A stretch of 20,000 bases of DNA from an uncultured virus (IMG/VR IMGVR_UViG_3300046170_000325) (Duplodnaviria > Heunggongvirae > Uroviricota > Caudoviricetes): IMG/VR virus record IMGVR_UViG_3300046170_000325; one strand, written 5' to 3'. Below the pieces are notes generated by a model, which had not been told where the DNA came from, did not search any database, and worked only from the letters and a program-made list of their open reading frames with translations. The position numbers and the translations under genes were made by a program. Numbering within the stretch: the first letter of the stretch is position 1; the number at the start of each line of letters is the position of its first letter. Positions 8,993-16,765 of this stretch are shown piece after piece.

Positions 8993-9751
8993 TTATTCTC
9001 CTTTTTTAGATTTTAAAGATTCTTTAAATGCAGACATGAACGCTGTCCAATCAAGATCCAAGGGAGCATTCCCTAAATCAACTCGACTCTTGGCATCAAA
9101 TGCTGCGGTGTATTTATGAAACAACTTACGCTTGCCGTATGACACAGCCCTAGTTGTTTCCTTGAAACCCTGTCCACTAGTACGAGTTGATACCTCGTAG
9201 TTTGCAAACAGGTTGAAGTCTACCCACTCACGTATCATTGCTGATACTTTCTTATGAGTAGCCATCTCCCAACGATCATAGGGCTCACGCTCTGGATCAT
9301 TAAAAGTTCTTATGCCTACATGAGATAGTAAGATGATGTGCATCTTCTTCTTTTGTAGGGCATCAAACATTCTTAGTAGTCTGCCGAATAACTCAGCAGA
9401 TTCTGTAAAACCTTTTCCATATCCCATGGACTCAATAGATTTCTGACCATGAATCTGACATACCTTTTGCTGTACTAATTTCTCAGCCCAGTCAGTTGTA
9501 TCAAAGACCACTGTCTTGTAGTCATGATCTTCTTCATACAAAGTTTTGATTTGTATTAGTATGTCGTCATAACTTTCACACAAAGGAAAGGATGCTGTAT
9601 CTATATAGTTAGTACCAGCTTCTGTCTTAATAAAGATAGGATTAGGTGCTTGACTAGCAAAGGTAGTCTTACCTATGCCATCGGTACCAGATAGGTTTAT
9701 CTTTATAGAAGGGATCTGTATTCCCGTAGTCACGCTATTCAATAGACTCAT
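8993..9751 (-). CDS. Sak4-like AAA_24 ATPase (single-strand annealing recombinase)
   Basis: Walker A GTDGIGKTT, YKTVVFDT, GYGKG, IILLSH, EWVD and AKSR. Start ATG 9751 with GGAGG at 9761-9765. Confidence 0.88.
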   Translation of the reverse strand: MSLLNSVTTGIQIPSIKINLSGTDGIGKTTFASQAPNPIFIKTEAGTNYIDTASFPLCESYDDILIQIKTLYEEDHDYKTVVFDTTDWAEKLVQQKVCQIHGQKSIESMGYGKGFTESAELFGRLLRMFDALQKKKMHIILLSHVGIRTFNDPEREPYDRWEMATHKKVSAMIREWVDFNLFANYEVSTRTSGQGFKETTRAVSYGKRKLFHKYTAAFDAKSRVDLGNAPLDLDWTAFMSAFKESLKSKKGE

Positions 9752-9935
9752 ACTTGTCGACCTCCAAATCATTCATAGAAATTAAACCTTGAGAAGTCAT
9801 TTCATCTGCAACTGTTTCTACATCATCTATGATAGTTAATATTTTATTAACCCAAGCAGAATGTAAACCAGGTGCTACCTCTCTTTTAATCGTATCTTTA
9901 ATTTGCATTATGACTGCACTGTAATGTATGTTCAT
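9735..9935 (-). CDS. Hypothetical protein
   Basis: 66-aa ORF with ATGA coupling and a GAGGGGG RBS. Confidence 0.6.
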   Translation of the reverse strand: MNIHYSAVIMQIKDTIKREVAPGLHSAWVNKILTIIDDVETVADEMTSQGLISMNDLEVDKYESIE

Positions 9936-10132
9936 TTTGACACCCCCTCTATATGTCTTTTGTTATCTTGAAAATCAAAGTTTGTATGAAAAAGATATTT
10001 ATCTGTAGAATTATTTTCCCAAACAGATACAAAATCTTCTGCACAATTAGGTGAGTGCTCAACATAAATAGTTAAGCTACCCGTTTCAATGTAAGTAGAA
10101 TACTTACTTCGTTTATCTATTTTAATAGCCAT
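9932..10132 (-). CDS. Hypothetical protein
   Basis: 66-aa ORF with TAATG coupling and an AGGAG RBS. Confidence 0.6.
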   Translation of the reverse strand: MAIKIDKRSKYSTYIETGSLTIYVEHSPNCAEDFVSVWENNSTDKYLFHTNFDFQDNKRHIEGVSK

Positions 10133-10575
10133 TACTCAGCTCCTTTTAATGGATCAACGAACTGGATGTATGGTCGTTCATTAATCTTGGTTTGTAATCC
10201 TTCTTGAAACTTATCAAAGATGTCTTGATGATTTGCTTCTATCATTTTAGATAGAGCAGCATCTTCTTTGTATACAGTTGTGAAAGGAAATAGATCTTCA
10301 GGTATCTCGTCTTTTACTTTAGATAAAAAACTCTGATCCCATGATCTTGTTATTTTATAATTAACTCGTAAGTCTTTTGGTATGACACCATTAAGATGTA
10401 CCCGAGTAGATCCGCCAGTGTTAGAAAGTCTGTTGACTTGCTTATGCACATCGGGATGTTTGGTGATTGCAAAATCAAGCTGTGCACTTTGTTCTTTTAG
10501 TTCAGCTTGTTTTGCTAGATTCTTTTTCTTCTCCATCAAAAGTTGAGGTAGAGATAGCGTAGAATAGTCTTTCAT
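10132..10575 (-). CDS. Hypothetical phage protein, first gene of the leftward recombination operon
   Basis: N-terminal coiled-coil-like stretch and a WDQ..L motif. The second Met (10575) has GGAG just upstream (10582-10585), so it is preferred over 10587. Confidence 0.7.
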   Translation of the reverse strand: MKDYSTLSLPQLLMEKKKNLAKQAELKEQSAQLDFAITKHPDVHKQVNRLSNTGGSTRVHLNGVIPKDLRVNYKITRSWDQSFLSKVKDEIPEDLFPFTTVYKEDAALSKMIEANHQDIFDKFQEGLQTKINERPYIQFVDPLKGAE

Positions 10576-10605
10576 ATAAGGCTCCATTTTTTAAATACAA
10601 GATAG

Positions 10606-10633
10606 ATGATACGCCTATGAAAAATATTGTCAA
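10606..10633 (-). promoter_or_regulatory. Sigma70-type leftward promoter
   Basis: TTGACA (10633-10628), 16-nt spacer, TATCAT (10611-10606), just upstream of the leftward operon. Confidence 0.65.
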
Positions 10634-10650
10634 CACTTTTGTAATAAAAT

Positions 10651-10682
10651 TCTTTACTTATTGTAAAGAGCAATGTTAAGAT
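10651..10682 (+). promoter_or_regulatory. Rightward extended -10 promoter overlapped by an operator-like palindrome
   Basis: TTTACT (10653-10658), 18-nt spacer, TAAGAT (10677-10682) preceded by TGn. Inverted repeat TCTTTAC-n5-GTAAAGA at 10651-10669. Confidence 0.55.
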
Positions 10683-10688
10683 GATATT

Positions 10689-10779
10689 TGGTATGAGTTA
10701 ATGAAGTTATATATCAAATATAAAACTCCTTACTCAACCCCCTATAAGAGCATTAACTTATACCATTCTATATAAGGAG
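10689..10779 (+). ncRNA. Putative structured 5' leader RNA of the Cro-like/primase operon
   Basis: 15-bp stem 10689-10703/10751-10765 with one G-U pair. The enclosed CTCCTTA (10726-10732) is complementary to the RBS TAAGGAG (10773-10779). Confidence 0.5.
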
Positions 10780-10783
10780 AACT

Positions 10784-10981
10784 ATGGAACTTAAAGACTA
10801 CATTGTTAAAAGAGGTGAAGATAAGTTAGCCAAAGACTTAGGTGTATCTATTGATACTGTTAGATCTTGGCGATACGGAACCAGGCAACCCTCAGTCAAT
10901 CAAGCTAAGAAACTTATTAAGATGACAGGCTATGCTTTAGGTTGGGAAAACATTTATGGATCAGTAGACGAATGCCAATAG
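10784..10981 (+). CDS. Cro-like helix-turn-helix regulator
   Basis: LAKDLGVSIDTVRSWRYGTRQPS HTH pattern. AAGGAG RBS. First gene of the divergent operon. Confidence 0.85.
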   Translation: MELKDYIVKRGEDKLAKDLGVSIDTVRSWRYGTRQPSVNQAKKLIKMTGYALGWENIYGSVDECQ

Positions 10982-12972
10982 AAATAAAACCAAACACAGT
11001 CGGACAAGACATAGCCAATGATGAGCGTAAAGATATGCTTATGTCATATCATGAAAATAATTTTCATCTAATACCATGCGGATCTACAAACGACATCATA
11101 CCTGAATACTTTAAAAGCAGACATCCTTTTGAAGACGATATGGTTTTACAAAAGCGTTGGTCAAAAACACCAAGAGTAAAATGGGCTGACTATATAGAGA
11201 AGCAACCTACTCTTAATGAAGTCAAGCAATGGTATCTACAATTTAAAGATTGCAACTGGGCCGCTATCACAGGCGTAACATTTGTAGTGCTAGATGCAGA
11301 CACCCAAGAAGCATGTGATTTTTGTGAGTCAGGTCAGATAACAAGAACAATGTTAAAACAAAAGACACCTCGCGGTGGCTATCATTACTTCTATGCAATC
11401 AATGATGATCTAAAGATAAGAAACACTACAGGTAAATTAGATATAAGAGGAGAGGGTGGCTATGTCATGGTCAGTCCTTCTGTTAATTACCAGTTCGAGG
11501 TAGTTGAAGGAGCTGTCGTAGATTCACTTGATGATTTACCTACTCTTAATAGTCAAGACATGAATATTATCTATGACTATAACAACACAGGTAAGATCAA
11601 CACAGAAAGTAAAACACCACTAACAACAGATGGTGTGCAAACAGGAATGCGAAACGACACCCTTGCTAGGCTAGTAGGTAAATGGATACTAGAGGGTTGG
11701 GGCATGAGAGAAGTTGTAATCAAAGCATTGGATTGGAATCAAACAAACAACCCACCTATGAGTGTGCAAGAAGTATTAAATACAACTCAAAGCATTTGTG
11801 CTGGACACTTGAAAAGAAATCCTGAAGACGAGACAGGCATACAGAAATGGAATACAAGTCAGTGGCAGATACAATTAACAGATGATCTCAAGGAGATTAT
11901 GGATCAAGAAGATCCTATAGTAAAAGCAAAGGATGATATACAAAGCGATCCTCTTGGACTCAAATCATTTAACGATCCCTTTTGGGATTCAATGGACAGC
12001 AGTAGGATTGAGCAGTATTGGGGAGATGCTTTTGTCTTTGAACAATCCAGAGTCTTACTGCTAGGTAAACCAAAGATAGGTAAGTCGCATTGGCTAGGAG
12101 CATTCGCGGCAGCAGCTACTACAGGCACAGACTTTATGGGTATGAGTTTCTCAAGACCTATCAAAGTAATGTGGCTACAAGCAGAGATCATTCATGAGTT
12201 CTTAAAGAAAAGAATTGAGATGTATTATCAACCCTATCATCATGATCCTGAACTATACAACTTAGGTAAGTCAAACCTTATAGCATCTGGTAGATTAAGA
12301 AAGAACATCATGAGGGACAGCGACATAGATGCTATCGCAGAGAGTATAGAGTTTCATAAACCAGACTTGGTAATGATAGATCCTATTATTAATTTCTTTA
12401 GTGGAGAAGAGAACTCCAACTCAGAAATACATGAGATGCTATCGAGGATAGATAAACTTATTGAACTATATAAAGTAGCAGTGATCATTGCTCACCATAC
12501 TGGTAAAGAAAGGGCAGATGATTTGTCGTTCATGTCAGCTAGGGGTGGTAGTGCTTTCGCTGGGTGGATGGATTCAGGTGTCAAGCTGTCAGGTAAGAAA
12601 CCAAACATAACATTATTCTATGAAGCTCGTAATGCAAGAGAACCTGATCAGCATCTAGCATACTTTGATTTTGAAAAAGGATACTTCAAGGTAGTAGATG
12701 CACAAGACAGTCCTGATGAGGTAGAGATTGCAAGAGTAGTAGCATCAGGTATGAGCAAACAAAAGTTTTATACAAGACAAGAACTAGAACTATTAGCAAG
12801 AGAAACTCTTAAAGAAAATGAGATGGCATCAGGAGAGAGGGCCGCTCGTTATGCAGTGAGTTATGTGCAGAAGTATCTAGGCGAAAGAGTAAAGAATCAT
12901 AACGTACCTGGTAAGAATACTTGGTATTATTTAGCAGACAATGAAATGAAACGACCTTGGAAAGATGATTAA
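10972..12972 (+). CDS. Bifunctional Prim-Pol primase with PriCT and AAA_25 (RepA-like) helicase domains
   Basis: VVLDAD, TPRGGYHYFY and DIRGEGGYV..PS (Prim-Pol); GMRNDTL (PriCT-1); GKPKIGKS, LVMIDP, HHTGK and RGGSA (helicase). Start probably ATG 10972. Confidence 0.9.
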   Translation: MPIEIKPNTVGQDIANDERKDMLMSYHENNFHLIPCGSTNDIIPEYFKSRHPFEDDMVLQKRWSKTPRVKWADYIEKQPTLNEVKQWYLQFKDCNWAAITGVTFVVLDADTQEACDFCESGQITRTMLKQKTPRGGYHYFYAINDDLKIRNTTGKLDIRGEGGYVMVSPSVNYQFEVVEGAVVDSLDDLPTLNSQDMNIIYDYNNTGKINTESKTPLTTDGVQTGMRNDTLARLVGKWILEGWGMREVVIKALDWNQTNNPPMSVQEVLNTTQSICAGHLKRNPEDETGIQKWNTSQWQIQLTDDLKEIMDQEDPIVKAKDDIQSDPLGLKSFNDPFWDSMDSSRIEQYWGDAFVFEQSRVLLLGKPKIGKSHWLGAFAAAATTGTDFMGMSFSRPIKVMWLQAEIIHEFLKKRIEMYYQPYHHDPELYNLGKSNLIASGRLRKNIMRDSDIDAIAESIEFHKPDLVMIDPIINFFSGEENSNSEIHEMLSRIDKLIELYKVAVIIAHHTGKERADDLSFMSARGGSAFAGWMDSGVKLSGKKPNITLFYEARNAREPDQHLAYFDFEKGYFKVVDAQDSPDEVEIARVVASGMSKQKFYTRQELELLARETLKENEMASGERAARYAVSYVQKYLGERVKNHNVPGKNTWYYLADNEMKRPWKDD

Positions 12973-13183
12973 GATAGATAAGGAATCATTAAATGAAGCT
13001 ATGAATGATGTCAGCATAGGATTGATTATGTCCTTTCCGATCAGCTTTGGTTTGCTTAGTCTGTGTAAATACTTAGAGGTAAGTCTTGTAGCTACATCAT
13101 TGATTCAAGTGGCAGTCTTTACATGCATAGCTATAGTCAGGAAGTATATGGTAAGAGTTTATTATAAGAGAAGAGAGAGATGA
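12965..13183 (+). CDS. Small phage membrane protein with two hydrophobic segments
   Basis: SL.EA..DV.IG N-terminus, two hydrophobic stretches and a basic C-terminus (R.Y.VR). Coupled to both neighbouring genes. Confidence 0.7.
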   Translation: MIKIDKESLNEAMNDVSIGLIMSFPISFGLLSLCKYLEVSLVATSLIQVAVFTCIAIVRKYMVRVYYKRRER

Positions 13184-14167
13184 AGATAGATATATACGCT
13201 GGTGATTGCATAAGATCCTTAAAGAATATGCCAGAACAAAGCGTTCATACCTGTGTAACAAGCCCACCTTACTATGGCCTTAGAGATTATGGTGTAGAAG
13301 GACAGCTTGGTTTAGAGCAAACACCAAAGGAATTTGTAGATAACCTGGTCAATGTATTCAAAGAAGTAAAGCGTGTCCTTCGTGATGATGGCACAGTATG
13401 GTTAAACATAGGCGATAGTTACGGAGCTCAGAACGGCAAAGGATTTAATACTAATGCAATTTCAGGATCAACAAATAGATCAACAGAGATGCAAAAGAAG
13501 TACGGAAACATATCAAGTCATAGCACTATGAAGGAAAGAACAGGACTACCGCCTAAAAGTCTTATCGGCATACCTTGGCGTGTAGCCTTTGCCATGCAAG
13601 ATGATGGTTGGATACTAAGGCAAGACATAATATGGCACAAGCCTAACCCAATGCCAGAGAGTGTAAGAGATAGATGCACTAAGGCACATGAGTATATATT
13701 CTTATTCAGTAAGAGTAAGAAGTATTACTATGACAACGAAGCGATCAAAGAAGATTCAGTAACAGTCAACTCCAAAGGAGAAAGAGGTAAGCCTAACAGT
13801 GCAAAGAATGTAGGTAAGTCAACAGAAGATGTAGATGGGTTTGATGTAAGAGGTGGCTTCAAGAATATGAAAGCACAACCTAAGAAAAATAAAAGATCAG
13901 TATGGACTGTAGCAACTAAGCCCTACAAGGAAGCTCACTTTGCAACCTTCCCACCTAAACTCATAGAGCCGTGTGTATTAGCTGGTTGTCCTGAAGGTGG
14001 CACAGTGTTAGATCCCTTTGGCGGTAGCGGAACAACAGCAGAGGTATCGAATGCTCATAGCTAGAGACACAGTTTTATGTGAGCTTAGTGATGATTACAT
14101 AGAGATAGCAGTTAAGAGATTGTCTGGTATGTTTGCAGATATAAATATAATCAAGGAGAATTTATGA
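13180..14167 (+). pseudogene. Beta-class amino (probably N4-cytosine) DNA methyltransferase, interrupted by a 1-nt frameshift near 14062
   Basis: TSPPY, IIWHKPNPMP, HEYIFLF, HFATFP and DPFGGSGTT. TAG at 14062-14064; the expected C-terminus RDTVLCELSDDYIEIAVKRL continues in the +1 frame to TGA 14165-14167. Confidence 0.85.
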
Positions 14168-15462
14168 ATGTATTAAGTTTATTTGACGGCATGAGCTGTG
14201 GTCGTATTGCTTTGGATCAATTAGAAATCAAGGTAGACAACTACTATGCCTGTGAAATAGATAAGTATGCAATGCAAGTAAGCCAAGCAAACTATCCTGA
14301 GATCATACAGCTTGGAGATGTTTGTGATGTTAAGTCAGAGGATCTTCCAAAGATAGATCTTATTCTTGCTGGTAGTCCATGCCAAGGATTTAGTTTCGCG
14401 GGTAAGCAACTCGCCTTTGATGATCCAAGGTCAGCATTGTTCTTCGAGTTCATTAGACTATTAAAAGAATGTAAGCCAAAGTATTTCTTACTAGAGAATG
14501 TAAGAATGAAGAAAGAATACCTACAAGTAATCAGCGAACAGGTGTCAGGATGTTATCCAGAGATACCCTTTGGTATCGAGCCGACTATGATATGTAGCAG
14601 TCTTGTTTCTGCCCAGTCAAGGAAGAGATATTACTGGACGAACATACCCAATGTCACCCAACCTAAGCAAAAAGGCATAGTTTTGAGGGACATATTGGAG
14701 ACGAGAGTTAATCAAGATAGATTATCGGACATGACTAACCAAGATAATAAAGCCTACTGCCTAACAACAACCTATCCTTGTGCTAGACCTCAAAGAAGTA
14801 TGGATAAATCTGAGAAGAGTATGATTCCTGTTGAAGATACTGTTCCTGATTCAACGACACTTATATATGACAGTAAAGATAAATCACACAAACCTAAATT
14901 GGTAGGTAGAGATAATACGCCTGGACATGACATATTAAAAAGAATTTACAGTGAAGATGGTAAGTCACCAACAATAACAGCCCATGCAGGAAAAGGAACA
15001 GTACCAAAAATAGAAACCAAGCCCATACAAGTAGGCATAGCAACAGACATCAACGGACATGACATACTTAAGAGAGTCTATAGCGAAGATGGTAAGTCGC
15101 CTACTGTTAATACCTGTCAAGGTGGCAACAGAGAACCCAAGGTATTGGCGGGAGCTTATCGAGCAAGATCAATAGACAAGGACGGCAACAGAGTATCCTG
15201 GAAAGAAGTAAAGCCTAAGCAGATGTTGGAGCTGAGAAGAGATGAGAAGTCAAACACAGTGACATCAGTACAAAAAGATAATGTCCTAACCCAAGACGAA
15301 GTCTACTGGCGTAAGCTAACACCTCTGGAATGCGAGAGGTTGCAGACAGTACCCGACAACTATACAAATCATGTCAGTAATTCTCAGCGTTTTAAAATGT
15401 TAGGCAATGGTTGGACGATTGAAGTAATCAAACATATATTTAAAAACATGGAGAGACAATGA
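14164..15462 (+). CDS. C5-cytosine DNA methyltransferase with a long modular variable region
   Basis: Motif I LSLFDG, IV GSPCQ, VI LENV, VIII Q.R.R, IX RKLTPLECERLQ and X LGNGW. Confidence 0.93.
   Translation: MNVLSLFDGMSCGRIALDQLEIKVDNYYACEIDKYAMQVSQANYPEIIQLGDVCDVKSEDLPKIDLILAGSPCQGFSFAGKQLAFDDPRSALFFEFIRLLKECKPKYFLLENVRMKKEYLQVISEQVSGCYPEIPFGIEPTMICSSLVSAQSRKRYYWTNIPNVTQPKQKGIVLRDILETRVNQDRLSDMTNQDNKAYCLTTTYPCARPQRSMDKSEKSMIPVEDTVPDSTTLIYDSKDKSHKPKLVGRDNTPGHDILKRIYSEDGKSPTITAHAGKGTVPKIETKPIQVGIATDINGHDILKRVYSEDGKSPTVNTCQGGNREPKVLAGAYRARSIDKDGNRVSWKEVKPKQMLELRRDEKSNTVTSVQKDNVLTQDEVYWRKLTPLECERLQTVPDNYTNHVSNSQRFKMLGNGWTIEVIKHIFKNMERQ
14923..15108 (+). repeat. Intragenic tandem repeat (132-nt period) in the C5 MTase variable region
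   Basis: GHDILKRIYSEDGKSPTI starts at 14923 and GHDILKRVYSEDGKSPTV starts at 15055. Confidence 0.9.
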
Positions 15463-15884
15463 CTGAATGGCATGGTGGAAAAGGTAGTCGTGATCGTACT
15501 AGAGATCGTGATAAATTTAATGAGAACTTTGATAGAATCTTTGGTAAGAATAGAGATAAAGGAGAGAAAAAGAAACAAATGTCCCATAATAAAAATGATC
15601 CTGGTTGTACAAAAAATATACAAAAACGTACGTGCAATGGAGAAATGGCGAATTGCACACCCCCCTCTGAAAGGTGCATTCCTATGCGATTTAGGTGTCT
15701 GTGCGGTTGTGCAGTTGCACATGCCTGCACATACGCACATGCACCTCTGAAAGCCCTAGTTTTACTGGTACGTGCGGTTGTGCGTACGTGCATCTCTATA
15801 GAGAACTATAGAAAGGTGTGTATTAACATACACCTTTACTTAGGAGAGATAGTATTCTCTAGTAGAAATCTTGTTAGAATATAG
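15459..15884 (+). CDS. Small basic phage protein; only the first ~35-40 codons are convincing
   Basis: GGAGA RBS and ATGA coupling. WHGGKGS...F.ENFDRIFGK resembles short phage proteins. The remainder runs through a repeat tract and looks non-coding. Confidence 0.45.
   Translation: MTEWHGGKGSRDRTRDRDKFNENFDRIFGKNRDKGEKKKQMSHNKNDPGCTKNIQKRTCNGEMANCTPPSERCIPMRFRCLCGCAVAHACTYAHAPLKALVLLVRAVVRTCISIENYRKVCINIHLYLGEIVFSSRNLVRI
15627..15837. repeat. GC-richer tract of GTGC/GCAC repeats and palindromes; candidate replication origin or packaging site
   Basis: cgtacgtgca at 15627 and 15783; gtgcggttgtgc at 15701 and 15772; cctctgaaag at 15664 and 15744; GCAC cluster at 15716-15746; palindrome tctctatagaga at 15793-15804; hairpin at 15812-15837. 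Confidence 0.7.
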
Positions 15885-15886
15885 AC

Positions 15887-16378
15887 ATGGAAGAGAAAAA
15901 AAAATTAACAAAAAAACAGGAAACATTTGTCGACCTTATGGTGTATCAAGATTATAAGCAGACGAAGTGTGCTCATCTTGCGGGCTATGAAAATCCAGGG
16001 GTTGCAGCAACTAGGTTGTTGAGTGATCAGCAGTATGCTCATGTGCAAGAGAAGATCATGGAACTCAAAGCTGTGCAAAGAACTAAGAATGAAATTACTT
16101 TTGAAGGCATAGCAACTAAGTTAGGTGAGATAAGAGATGTTGCATTAGCCGATGGAAGTTATGGGCCTGCGGTTACAGCAGAGATTGCAAGAGCTAAACT
16201 TGCTGGGCTTATGGTAGATAGGAAAGAGTTGAAGATTCATAAGATAGACAACATGAGTAGGGATCAGCTAGAGAATAGATTGAAGGAGTTGGTGTTAGAG
16301 AATCAGATTATCTTGGGTACTTCGGAAACTGTAGAAGATGATAAGGATCTTATTGAAGATCAGACTGATCAAGAATAG
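15887..16378 (+). CDS. Terminase small subunit-like protein
   Basis: N-terminal TerS HTH pattern LTKKQETFV...A..AGY....A.RLL....VQ..I.EL, followed by AV.A....AKLAGL. Confidence 0.72.
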   Translation: MEEKKKLTKKQETFVDLMVYQDYKQTKCAHLAGYENPGVAATRLLSDQQYAHVQEKIMELKAVQRTKNEITFEGIATKLGEIRDVALADGSYGPAVTAEIARAKLAGLMVDRKELKIHKIDNMSRDQLENRLKELVLENQIILGTSETVEDDKDLIEDQTDQE

Positions 16379-16538
16379 CTTTGACTCTATCTTCTGCGTC
16401 CTTTAACTTGCGTTCGCAATACTTTACGACCTTAGTTCCTTCTTCAAAAGATTGGATTGATTCTTCGAGGGATATGTTTTCTTTTTCTAAGGAGCTGACT
16501 AAGTCTTTCAACTTAGCCATACCTTTTTCGAATGTCAT
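16350..16538 (-). CDS. xseB: Exodeoxyribonuclease VII small subunit
   Basis: TFE..M..L...V..LE...ISLEESI..FEEG......C...L..AE.RV is the XseB signature. Start ATG 16538 overlaps the upstream stop (TAATG). Confidence 0.88.
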   Translation of the reverse strand: MTFEKGMAKLKDLVSSLEKENISLEESIQSFEEGTKVVKYCERKLKDAEDRVKAILDQSDLQ

Positions 16539-16765
16539 TAACTTACCCTTTGCACACAATATCTTTTAGATGTTGCGTCCTTCCAGAATTGGAACTTGCG
16601 ATCCTTGAAGTGTGCTGTGTAGAAGTTTGATCTGTATTTGTAGACCTCATCTCTACTTAAACCTGTAATCGTATCTCCGATTAAAAGTTTATCGAGTGCT
16701 TGTGTAAATGGTGTTCTAAAGTTTGCTTTCTTTAGTGGCACATCTTTTTCTATTTTAAATCCCAT
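16538..16765 (-). CDS. Small basic hypothetical phage protein (FKIEKDVPL...L.IGD type)
   Basis: Start at ATG 16765 with AAGGAG upstream. N-terminal pattern common in small phage proteins. Confidence 0.65.
   Translation of the reverse strand: MGFKIEKDVPLKKANFRTPFTQALDKLLIGDTITGLSRDEVYKYRSNFYTAHFKDRKFQFWKDATSKRYCVQRVS

Noticed and set aside
10942..10971. ORF-track N-terminal extensions (primase 10942, exonuclease 5829, ATPase 9772, xseB 16559, ORF 16816)
   Set aside because: Downstream ATGs have better RBSs, start-stop coupling or smaller overlaps with upstream genes.
14062..14082. Amber (TAG) recoding or read-through as the explanation for the truncated MTase
   Set aside because: In-frame read-through gives only RHSFM then TGA. 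The homologous tail is in the +1 frame, and other genes end normally in TAG (4729, 10981, 16378).
14923..15108. Diversity-generating retroelement template/variable repeat pair
   Set aside because: The copies are in-frame tandem protein repeats with mainly synonymous differences not limited to adenines. No reverse transcriptase in the window.
13180..15462. Restriction-modification system
   Set aside because: No adjacent restriction endonuclease. The MTases look like orphan phage enzymes.
15384..15793. Overlapping ORFs 15384-15740(-), 15440-15793(-) and 15472-15750(+)
   Set aside because: They arise from the stop-poor repeat tract, have odd Cys/Ala/His-rich composition and lack RBSs.
15627..15837. 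Mini CRISPR array or tRNA in the repeat tract
   Set aside because: The repeats are only 10-12 bp, irregularly spaced and of several types. No cloverleaf or T-loop (GTTCRA) motif.
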